A DNA stretch of 63,507 nt, filler included, from Hausera hauseri (Eukaryota): NCBI GenBank assembly GCA_046269625.1. It is 10 parts of 10 records of this genome, joined end to end, with 100 filler letters (N's around TTAATTAATTAA, not from the genome) between each part and the next. Parts side by side here need not be neighbours in the genome. Positions count along the whole stretch, not along the records: positions 11,033 to 19,614 come from JBJURY010592111.1; positions 19,715 to 28,098 come from JBJURY010660996.1; 8 more parts are not named here. One strand, written 5' to 3'. Under the pieces are notes generated by a model. It did not search any database and was not told where the DNA came from. It was given only the letters and a program-made list of their open reading frames with translations. Both the position numbers and the translations under genes were made by a program. Below are positions 11,033 through 21,439 of this stretch, one piece after another. Position 1 is the stretch's first letter, and each line of letters opens with the position of its first letter.

Positions 11033-14000
11033 AAAAATACACATAATCTATTTTTGTAATCTTGATCATCTGATTTTATGTACTATGATTGCTAAAAATA
11101 ACATGTCACCTCATAAAACAATACTTCTTATTGTTTGCCACATTTATATGTAATAAGCGCACTTAATTGGACGCCACGTTTGGCGTAAAACTGAACTCAC
11201 TTCGTATATATATAAATTTTATAATTGTGGTATCATAGTCACCTCCTTTTTTTTGGTGTAAATTACTCCTTTGCGATGTTGGAATTATACGTACATATTT
11301 TGCAGAATCATCATTATTGAGCACAGGTGAGAAAAAAAACGGTAATGGCGTCTCCTGGATATCTTGAGGAAGGTAGCACGTGGATTCCTTCTAACACATG
11401 GTTTAAAATGTTGAAACTCGAACTCAATTCACATTCTCGCTCGTTGAGTGCACTTTTCCGAAGATATTGTATAATTACATGAATCACATTACGGCCGACA
11501 TTATGCTTTCTTTTCCTTATCACTGCACACCTCTTGGCATCATCCACAGCACTGCCTGTCCATCCCCCAGGGTCGCCCCTTGCTCTACTGAGCCGGGCCC
11601 CGGAGATCGAAAAAAAGACGCTTCTCAAAACCACTTGTTACCAGTTCAAATGCCCGAAAAGCACGCTGGATTTCCACGAGGTACAGTTCGTGAACTCTTG
11701 TTGGGAGTCGTTCACCTGTGTTCCAACGGCATCCGACATTGCCGTGACGTCGCTGCGCGCTCATTGGCTGAGTGCCATTGACGCATGATAGTAGAGGAGT
11801 GGCTTGTTGCAGCAGCGATGAATCGGTAAAACTATGTGTGTCATCTTTGACACCACAAAAAGTATGTGGGATAAGAGAATTTCAGGCTTCAGGATACCAA
11901 ATAACTGTAAAAAGAAAAAAAAAAAAAAGGGTGATAAACAGAGAATTCAAACGTTGACTACTGAAAAAAAAAAGCATGAATTAGACAGAGGAAACATGAC
12001 TATTGGTACCAATAGGGGAGTTAAGCGAAGGTTATATAAAAAAAAATAAATAAATAAATAAATAAAAGAAAAATCATTAAATGGCAGAAAAATTGCGATC
12101 GAGAATTAAAATCAATAGCTAACGATTAAAACGCGAATCACAGAATTCGGTAGTTGGGAATAGGCGACACGTGGGATCTTACGAGGCTTCAGAGATTTTC
12201 TTAAATACCTGAAAGAAAAAAAAAAACACATGATTAATAACAACAATTACAAGTTTTAGAAGTACAGGAGGTTTGACCGGGACGCCGAATTCGAATTACT
12301 TGTACTTCTGGAATGGATAGTGGAAATTAGACAGTTTCACCTGAAAAAATAGAAAAAGAAAATAAGTCATAAGAAAATAATTTAAAGGTCAAAGGGGTTA
12401 AAAAAAAATTGGACCGAAAGTATTTGATAGTTCATAAGACTGCAGCTTATGGATTTGACAATACTATCGGTGGGAAAAGAAATAAATTTCGATAAAGAAA
12501 TAATCCAAATTTCATCGAGACTTATATATATTTAAACCTAAAATAAATAAAGAAATCAAATAAAAATATTCGCAATAATAGTCTAGAAATAGGAGAAAAG
12601 GAACACAGAATACAACGAGAATTTATAATTAAATATGGGATAAAAATCAAAAGAAGTACCTGTTAAAATCAGACCACGTTTTCAAACTCCGCGCGAGCAA
12701 AGAAAAAAGAGAAAAACGTGATATCTCGAGATGCCAATAGGAATTTAGAAACTTTACTACCGGGCAAGGATAATTAGTCAGTCAGTTAAGATTACAATCG
12801 GAAGAACCAACGGAGAAACCAGTTTTGATTCTTATCTACTTAATGGAAGAATTTTTTTCCCTCGGTTGCAAAGCAGAAACCAGTCGAGCCTAATAGACTT
12901 CCAAAAAAGATGCGCACGCATGCAATAACAGAGAGATTTTTTTTTTTTCCCTCTCTTCGCGTTCTAGAGTGGGAATTGCAACAAATTGTCAGGGCGCGGT
13001 AGTTTTCTTAACGGAATGAAGTAATATAGTCACGGAGAATCATAGAATTAGCAAATTACAATGAAATAAAGTCATGAAAATTGATTGAGAAGGTAGAAAG
13101 ATATGGATATTTTTTTTGTGTATGATTGTCCAACCATTATAAAGATATCTATATATATATTTTTGTGTGTATTTGTTCAGTCATGGTTAAATTTATAAAT
13201 CGTACAGGCCACCTTCAAACGTACTCTGAATCTATAATAAACATATTCTGAGATAAAAGAATAATGTTACTGTAATTAGATTGTACATAAGTTGTAATGT
13301 ATTGAATTTGTGATTATATACCCTGGAAAATAATAATGAAACAAGAATATTTGTACTAAATGTTAAAAAAGGTAACACAAATGTTTTGTATGCTAAATAT
13401 CTGAATTGAGTGCACTAGAGAAAAAAAAGTGTTTGTGTGTAAGAAAGAATATGTAATTCATGTATAGTTGAAATAATGCTGTGTGATAAATTTACGGATT
13501 TACACGAATGGTGAATGCAGGTAGAAGGAACAAACGCGTGTGATGAAACGTAACTGTGAGTGATAACGGATATCGCATAGAGCGACGTGGTTACACATAG
13601 ATGGTGGAGGACGGAAGCTGGCAGCCAACTTGGCCGGAGACCGAGTTTTAGATGATGGACCTTCGTTGACTTTTCTAAGGAGGGGGTGATTATGTCATGG
13701 ACAAAAATATGAAGACCACCCATGCACAAGCTAAGTCAGAAAACAGAGCTATAAAAAAAGTACGGCGACAAAAGTCTGAGCTAAAAGGAAGATGGTTGAA
13801 AAGATAAGTGCAGAGTTACATGGGGGGTAATAAAATTACCTCCAACGAAGTGAAACCGCAAAATGGTGAAATATAAAATAATCCGGATAAACATGGGTGG
13901 TACAAAAAAGAAATGGAACCAATGGAAGAGGATGAAGAGAATCGTCAGAGATAGCCTAACGAACGAGAAAAAAGCACAAAATATTTATGCAAAAAAGGGG

Positions 14001-14800
14001 TTGGAGAAAACCGCCCCCAAGAATTGAACCGAGAGAAAAAAAGAGAGACTCTTGACACACACTTGCTCTCTGCTTCTTGACGGACTTGCTCCTAATTCCC
14101 CCCGCTCGGTTCTCCGAAAAAGTGAAAACGAAATTGTGCGTAAGAGTATGTGTGTTCCGGCAAGTGGCCGATGTATTTGCGGTACTTGTGAAATGGTGTG
14201 AAAAAGCCCAATAAATTTGGATATACAGAGCCGCTCAATGTCTGTGAGTTGGCAAGGTGCAGCGATCCACGAACCTGTAAAAATAGAGGTAATATTCAAT
14301 ATATTTTCGGAAAGAATGACTACCATATGAAGTGCTCCCAGAGTTAAAAGACAACCCTTTGTCGAAACAAGGACCCTGAATATTAAAGGAACTGTAGGTG
14401 TTTAATATGTCAACAAATTCAATCAAATCTTCAAATTATGTTATATATTATATTAATTTAAAAAATCCCTAGTGCACTCGAGGAGGAAATTAGTTTGATT
14501 TAAATTTGAATAAATATTTGTGTCAATCTAAATTCTGGTGTTGATGAATAATTTGAGTAATGTCAATTAATATTAATGACTATAATTTTCTTCCCTTAGC
14601 AGGAATGATATTTTATCTTTCAGGTACATTAAAATTAAATATTAAACTAACCACTTTACGATCACGAAATTAACTGTCAAGGAAAATTAAATAACAACTT
14701 GACATAATGGTGCCTAAGACCAGGTGTGTCTAATGTGGGTGAATTATTAAATTTAATAATTATATGTGTAGGAAGTGTGTGATATCTGAGCACCACATAA

Positions 14801-14816
14801 TGGTGCCGCGACTAGC
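14801..14816 (+). promoter_or_regulatory. Putative primer-binding site (tRNA-His-like) of a gypsy element; a second PBS-like motif starts at 14708
   Basis: ...CA-TAA-TGGTGCCGCGACT, ~540 bp upstream of gag; resembles the complement of the tRNA-His 3' end (TGGTGCCGTGACT). Confidence 0.55.
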
Positions 14817-15336
14817 CAATTTTGAACTTGGTAGGAAATATTTAATTGTATTAATAGAAAAAATTTAAAAAATTTAAAGTTAAATTAAATTACAAACTGG
14901 TAATAATTTTAGTCCAAAAGTTTGCAAAATTAATTTAAAATTAAATGAAAATGATGAATAATTGTGAGTGCACAGGGATCAAAAATTTGTAAACTCAGAA
15001 TACGTTTGAAAAAGGGTGACCATAAAAAATGTTGAAATTATGATATTTTTATTAAGTTGAATTAGAAAATTATAAATGATAAGATTAACTTAATTAATTA
15101 TCAACAGAAAATTATCTGTTGGAATAAATGCAAATATTGAAATTAAAAATTATGTGATGTGGATTTTAGATATGATTGATAATTTTATTTATAATTAGTG
15201 CATTTATATATGTGAGTGATTTTATGTATTTGTTCATGTAATGTATTTATTGTGTGCATAGGGGTAAAAAAATTAAATAGGTACGGCAATTTGCGTAAGG
15301 AATTAGATAGGTAAGCGAATTCAAAAAAAAAAAAAA

Positions 15337-16314
15337 ATGCCTAAACAAACAAAAAACAAGCGAAAAACGAGACAGAGTTCTCCGTCCCCTACCCGTAGTC
15401 TCAGAGAATTGTCCATCAGAGAAAAAGATGAGGAGATAATAGAAAATAGAAATACAGATAATAGAGAAAAAAACGCAATAGAAGAAATTAAAAGAATGGA
15501 GAATAGCCGCAGCATGGCAATGCCCAAAGCGGTGGAATTGATTAAAACATTTTCAGGTACGACGGGGGAGAATATAAAACACTTTTTGTTAAATGTGGAG
15601 GATGTAGCAGACCAATATAATTGGACACAGAGCCAGAAAGCATTTGCCATAAAAAATAAATTAGATGGAGAGGCAAGGAAATACATAATGGATAATGACC
15701 ATTTATATAGTCAGGGAACATATACACAAATAAAAGAATTCCTCACAGATTTATATCCCATAGAAAAAACTGTCTCCCGACATATGCAGGAATTTGAAGA
15801 TATTAAACACACGCCAGGGATGACGGTCCCACAATTATGCCTAGAGATACGACAAAAAGGACAAAAATATTTGGGTACGGAAGGCCCCGAGGACTACAAT
15901 TCTACCAAATTGCAGAGGGTCATGTTAGGGAAGTTACTGAAGGTAGTGAGAGCTGATATACGCCGAGAGTTAATCAAGGAAGATTTTTCAGACTTTGAAG
16001 CTGCCGCTAAAAAGGCAATTTTTCTCGAAAGAAATATGGAAGAGGAAGACGTGGAAATAAACCACATTCCCGTAAAAATAACACATAAACCTCAAAGAGA
16101 AGATCGGAATCAATTTCAGAATTTCCGACAAAATAACTATGAAAAACGAGAGATAATTATATGTCAAATTTGCGACAAAAGAGGGCATACAGCGAAAACA
16201 TGCTGGGAATTAGTAGGAAGAAATACACGTAAAGAACCAGATAACAAATATAATTATAGAACAGAGACAGGTCGACGAAATAGATATTACGACAACCGCC
16301 GTCAGGAAAACTAA
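15337..16314 (+). CDS. gag: Ty3/gypsy Gag, intact 325 aa
   Basis: Capsid pattern FSG..ENIKHFL...W...L.GEA; CCHC knuckle CQICDKRGHTAKTC. Confidence 0.9.
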   Translation: MPKQTKNKRKTRQSSPSPTRSLRELSIREKDEEIIENRNTDNREKNAIEEIKRMENSRSMAMPKAVELIKTFSGTTGENIKHFLLNVEDVADQYNWTQSQKAFAIKNKLDGEARKYIMDNDHLYSQGTYTQIKEFLTDLYPIEKTVSRHMQEFEDIKHTPGMTVPQLCLEIRQKGQKYLGTEGPEDYNSTKLQRVMLGKLLKVVRADIRRELIKEDFSDFEAAAKKAIFLERNMEEEDVEINHIPVKITHKPQREDRNQFQNFRQNNYEKREIIICQICDKRGHTAKTCWELVGRNTRKEPDNKYNYRTETGRRNRYYDNRRQEN

Positions 16315-17534
16315 GTCAGGGGTTGTCGTCAGAAAATTATAAAATTAGAGGGAATATACGAGGCCAATACCTAGCAGATAGAGATTGGCAACCCCGTAAA
16401 ACGGAGAGGGTGAGAGATAACAACCGAAATAAAAGGTACGAAAATAATAGAAATGATAGGAATAATGGTCAAGAATTAAATATGGATGAAAGAAAAAATT
16501 ATAAAAATAAGGTGCAGAACAAACATGGGAATAAATACGTTTATAAGTCCCAAAGGAAAGAGAATTATACAACTAAAAAATATGACAGCGAAGGCACAAA
16601 ACAATTAATGTCGGTGCGGGGAACAAATCGAGGAAATTCAGACTTACCAATAGTCACAGTAATTATTGCAAATAATAAATATACCGCTCTTCTTGATTCA
16701 GGCGCCCAGGTATCCTTAATTGAGAGAGATTTATTTCATGAAATTAAGGACCAGATAAAGATAAATTATCTCTCTAGAAATATTAAATTGCAAACCGTAA
16801 CAAAAGAAGAAATTCAGTTTGAAAAAACGATTGAGTTCAAGTTAAAAATAAGCAAAAAAAATTGTAATGGAGTATTTTACGTGACAGGTCAGAAAATAAA
16901 TAAAGAATATCAGATAATTTTAGGGTATGATTTCTTCCGCATGAATAAAATTAACTTAAGAGCAAATGAAGAAACAATTGAAATTAATGGGGAAGTAATA
17001 CCTTTAGGACAGGAAGAAAATCAAAATACGATTAAATACAAAGTAAATACTATACAACAAGAGAAGGGAGATGATAATCAAACTAAGAATAAAATAAATT
17101 TCGCTAGAACTAACAAGAAAATTATTATCGAGCCACAAGAAACAAGGATAATCAATTTACAGGCAGATAAACCGATAACACAAGACCAACAGATAATATT
17201 ACAAAGTCAGATACAAAAAATTGTAGCAAACGAACAGGATATACAAATATTTAATAACGAAGGAGAAATTAAAACTAAAATTGTGAACAATACACAAGAA
17301 AAAATTCATTTAAATAAAAATATGAAAATAGCCAGTATCGAAGTAATAGAAAACGAAGACATACAATTAGAAATTCCACAGACAGTGGAGGCAGAAATAC
17401 AAAATATAAGACATATTGAGATAAATAAAATGTGGGAATTGAGAAAAGCAGAATTAAAACCCAGTGACTTTAAATTAGACCACTTAGACCAGAAACACAG
17501 GACAATATTTTTAAACTTATTTTTTATTTATTAA
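16284..17534 (+). CDS. pol: Ty3/gypsy Pol N-terminus (aspartic protease), truncated before RT
   Basis: LLDSGAQVSLI and ILGYDF motifs; A-rich coding style ends abruptly at ~17510. Confidence 0.85.
   Translation: MLRQPPSGKLSQGLSSENYKIRGNIRGQYLADRDWQPRKTERVRDNNRNKRYENNRNDRNNGQELNMDERKNYKNKVQNKHGNKYVYKSQRKENYTTKKYDSEGTKQLMSVRGTNRGNSDLPIVTVIIANNKYTALLDSGAQVSLIERDLFHEIKDQIKINYLSRNIKLQTVTKEEIQFEKTIEFKLKISKKNCNGVFYVTGQKINKEYQIILGYDFFRMNKINLRANEETIEINGEVIPLGQEENQNTIKYKVNTIQQEKGDDNQTKNKINFARTNKKIIIEPQETRIINLQADKPITQDQQIILQSQIQKIVANEQDIQIFNNEGEIKTKIVNNTQEKIHLNKNMKIASIEVIENEDIQLEIPQTVEAEIQNIRHIEINKMWELRKAELKPSDFKLDHLDQKHRTIFLNLFFIY
16305..16311 (+). promoter_or_regulatory. Probable -1 ribosomal frameshift site G_GAA_AAC (gag-pol)
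   Basis: Heptamer immediately before the gag TAA; the -1 frame is open 16284-17534. Confidence 0.6.
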
Positions 17535-18118
17535 TTATCAATGTGAAGGTCATCGTCTTATGGAACTTTTGCTTTTACAAGAGTAATGTTACTTAAATAA
17601 ATCATATGTTCAGAGGCCTAACATGATATAATATACTTCGGTGTAACTTTTTTTCAACCATATAAAGGTCAATCAATGATCACACGATATTACACTTAAA
17701 GACTGTACTCTATCTAGCATTTATTGTAAATTAATCCGTACTGGTATTTAGCTATGACTCAATGAGTTAATGACTTATATTTTTAAATAATGAACGAGAT
17801 ATTACAGTCTAGAAACATTTCAAAAACATTTTCAGTCATTTTTACGGAAGAACAAGAAAACTCATTTGATTTACAATTGTAATAATCTGATTGAATATTT
17901 CGTTCGAAAGCACTATTTACTCAACGTTGTGTAATCAAACCAGATAAGAAGTAATTTTCATAAAATTGAAACAAACCACCTAAGTTAAATATTTAAATAT
18001 ACAAATTTCAAACAATCGAGTTAATGAAATGTTTATGTCACAAAGAGACATGCACTAGTAAACATTAACGATCAAATAAAAATGACGAAATAGTCAATCA
18101 ACATGTTTGCTCGAAACG

Positions 18119-18126
18119 TATAAAAA
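18119..18126 (+). promoter_or_regulatory. TATA box of the CAP gene
   Basis: TATAAAAA starting 36 bp upstream of the ATG at 18155. Confidence 0.5.
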
Positions 18127-18154
18127 CGAATTCATTTTGTGGGAAAACACTCGA

Positions 18155-18921
18155 ATGAATATTTTAATACTATCCATTTTAAGTCTCTTTCTTATTCAAG
18201 TAAATGCCGGAATATCTGGCAGTGAAAAGCAACAGATCCTTGATTTTCACAACAAACTTCGAAGAGATGTTGCTCAAGGAAAGGTTAGTCGACAACCTCC
18301 TGCTGCGAACATGAAAGAATTGGTACAATTATTGTTATTTGATTATGATAATAAAATCTAACCAGAAATGGAGTGACGAAGCAGCTAGAAAAGCTCAGGG
18401 TCATGCTGACAGATGCAATTTTGCTCACGATTCAAATGAGAATCGTAAATTTGGAAAATATGGATGGGTAGGGCAAAATATTGCGTATTGGAGTGATGAC
18501 AAGGTCACAAGGTCTTTTATTCTTATTTCCTACTCACTGTATATATTTTCCTCAGTGGCATTCAAATGTGGTTCGATGAAGTTAAAGGTTACGACTTTAA
18601 TAGCAAACGATGCACTGCTTTCACTTGCTTACATTATACAGCAGTAAGAACTTACTTGAATATATGCATTACGTTATTAAGCTTGTATGGGCAGAAACCG
18701 AATTTGTAGGTTGCGGATTGGCTAATTGCAAATCAAGAGGCCTCGGTTCGAAATTTCTAATCTGCAACTATGCTCCGGGGTATGAATTTCACTTTTGTAA
18801 GGTCACATCTTAACTATGAACTTTTAGAGGGAACATGCAAGGTGACAAGATGTATGAAGTTGGGCCCGCATGTTCCAAATGTGATCGAGGAAAGTCCTGC
18901 AGAAATGGGCTGTGCGCATAG
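18155..18921 (+). CDS. Secreted CAP/SCP-TAPS (venom allergen-like) protein, 197 aa; exons 18155-18322, 18366-18511, 18556-18643, 18682-18779, 18828-18921
   Basis: Signal peptide; HNKLR, QPPAANM, GQNIA, WFDE, HYTA-LVWA, VGCG, CNYAPGGN, Cys-rich tail; four GT-AG introns of 43, 44, 38 and 48 bp restore one open frame. Confidence 0.93.
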
Positions 18922-19614
18922 ATTCTTCGATAAAAATGTTATAGTGATGTATTAAATATTGAAGTCATACGAGACTTATCATTATGAATTGTATATCGTC
19001 GTTCTTTGCATATTTTTTAATTTTTTATTTAATGAACTGTCAAAAACTTTGAATTCTTGTGCAGATGGGATCAGTAACAGAATGTTTAATATTCTGAATG
19101 GCCTTGAATTTCCTGTATTGTACCGCTGTAAATTTGAAAGGTATTTTAAACCTAATTGAACTACTTAAAATAAGTAAATTAGTTTAACATCATTATTTTA
19201 ATTCAACTTATTGTATTTGAGATTAGATATATAAAAATTTTCTCATTTCTGTTGATTAAGTAAATTACCACATGTGAAATTTTAGCTATATTTTTAATAA
19301 AATACAACGACAATGTTTTGGTAAACTTTCAGTCAATTTTCTTTTGAGCCTCTGAATAGAATAATGAATAATACAGAATACTTGTTTAGCTATCGTACAT
19401 GACATTCCATTCGACAATAGCACCTAAATAATGAAAATTTTATAAATATAAATCGTTTAAATTATTTAGGCCAATAAATAAAATTTTGCAATTTAGTAGT
19501 TGTAGTTTTTTTTTTCATTATATTTTAACAAAGTCAATAGCAATTGAAAGATAGCGAAATTAAGGTCATCCGGTTGCTATCCAGGAACTCCCAGCGGTTG
19601 TTTTAAAACTAATT

Positions 19615-19714
19615 NNNNNNNNNNNNNNNNNNNNNNNNNNNNNNNNNNNNNNNNNNNNTTAATTAATTAANNNNNNNNNNNNNNNNNNNNNNNNNNNNNN
19701 NNNNNNNNNNNNNN
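19615..19714. other. Artificial contig linker
   Basis: 44 N + TTAATTAATTAA + 44 N. Confidence 0.97.
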
Positions 19715-20980
19715 ACCTCCCGTGTCAAAGTGAAAGCTATAAAGGTTAAGAAACAGAAAGAGAAAAACTGCAAAACGAAAAAGTGTCAGTCGGTCTTAGC
19801 GTGGACAAGACGTTGGGTGCCTTCTACTGATTTTCCCTCCTATACTTCCTGAATGTGACTGCGTGTTTTGTCTTTGTGCGGTGTGTTTGCTTGCAGAGTT
19901 TGAAGTTGGGGAAAAATTGTCGGATTTTGTTGTGTTGTGTCGGGCAAAGATGAATCAGAATGAAGAGAAGGTGAAAAAGGAAGAGATTGATGAAGACAGA
20001 TGGTTAAAGGTATTCAAGGTGTTAGAAGGAGGACTGATAAAGTGTAGTGGCGGATAAAGGAGAGAAGAGAGTTAGAGTAGAAGTTGGAATTGAATTATGT
20101 GAAAGAGTAGAAGTGGAAGATGAAACAGAGGTAGTGGTAGAGATAGGAATAACGATAGGGATAGAAGTAGAGAGAAAGTTGTGAACCGGAAATGAAAGGG
20201 GTAGAAGACGATGTGTGAAGAGAAAGGGGGAAAGAAAGCGCCGAAGATGGGGAAGGTGTGGAAGGAGAAGGAGAGAAAAAGAGAAGACGGCAGAGATACA
20301 AAACGGAAGAGCAAGAAGATAGACAAGGCAAAGGAAAGTAGTTAGAGGGTGGTGTGCAAGAGGTTGGAATGATGAAAAGTGTAGATGGAGAGATTGGTGA
20401 AATCGAAATGGTGTTTGGTGGAGGAGGTATTGTAAGAGGAGAGAGCAGGTTTTTATCATGGGATGAAGGTGTTAAAAGGCTTGAAGGTGCAAAATCGCAT
20501 GGGAAGAAAGAGGCTAAATTGTGAGAAGAAACTGAAATGGAAGTTTTGGGTAAAAATAGGAGAAAGTGGATTAAGACATTGAGGAGAGATGGAACGCGAA
20601 TTGTTGGACTGCTGCGCCTCGTATAAAGATGTTGGCGGAGAAGCGACTTCGATGGGAGACGTATCGTCAATGAAGAAAGCCGGCTCAGCGTTGTTGATGT
20701 GAACTGTTACTTCTTTGTAGTATTTGAGAATGATAATGTTGTAGGAGTGCAAGCGAATTACTTTGTAAGGACCGACATAGAGGTTGAAAACCACATGGCG
20801 TTTGATTCTTTAGCCAACCCGAATCGTCGGGTATGTAGGGTTTATTTGCGTGAAACAACCTGCAAAATGTGTCTTTGCTGATCTCAACGAAGCGTCTCTG
20901 TGCTGCTTGTATGGTTTCGTCTGCCGGAGTGTTGTCCAGCTCAGCTCGAATAATGATCTGATAGAAGTGCCAAATAATGA
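19715..20980 (-). mobile_element. CsRn1-clade gypsy family, 3' fragment (integrase C-terminus, S/P/T tail, PPT)
   Basis: Homologous to 25400-26672; contig ends at the PPT. Confidence 0.85.
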
Positions 20981-21101
20981 TTTTTTGCATTCTAAATTTA
21001 TCGTCAATCGAATTTAATTCATATAATCGCAGATATCGTGCAACTCTCAACTATTCCAAGAATTTAGAGCTGAAGATTACGTTGAACTAAAAGAGGAGTC
21101 A

Positions 21102-21114
21102 TGGGTCACCCCGA
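21102..21114 (+). promoter_or_regulatory. Degenerate tRNA-Trp-like primer-binding site
   Basis: TGGGTCACCCCGA versus canonical TGGTGACCCCGA, preceded by CA; the second copy has TCGGTTACTCCG at 42992-42981. Confidence 0.5.
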
Positions 21115-21256
21115 AATTTTTCACCCGTCGCAGCGAGGCTGAGGTCCCGACCGCTCATCCTGCGCCATTGGGTCGGACGGCGCCGTTCGCTGCCGCCCCG
21201 CAACAGGCCCCAAGGCACATCACCCCTTCCTACTCCATCTTTCTTTTTTTAAATAA

Positions 21257-21439
21257 CATATATACACATACACGGCATTACACTCACACACTGCAGCCAT
21301 TCAAAATTTCATCTCTACCTTACTCCACTCCTCTGACTTTTATCTAACACACAATGGATCTCTAGTACCCCTCGCTGGAAATCTACAATCGTCCTCAACC
21401 CACATTTGTCTTCACATTCACCTCTGCATCCGTGGTGGC
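21257..21439 (+). pseudogene. Ubiquitin-like (Sde2-like) domain in frame with the start of Gag
   Basis: TAAIQNFISTLLHSSDFYLTHNGSLVPLAGNLQSSSTHICLHIHLCIRGG followed directly by MDSS (ATG at 21440). Confidence 0.65.

Noticed and set aside
21100-21230. Hammerhead ribozyme in the GC-rich termini (retrozyme-like)
   Set aside because: No CTGANGA...GAAA core found in either end of either copy by eye; other ribozyme classes not excluded
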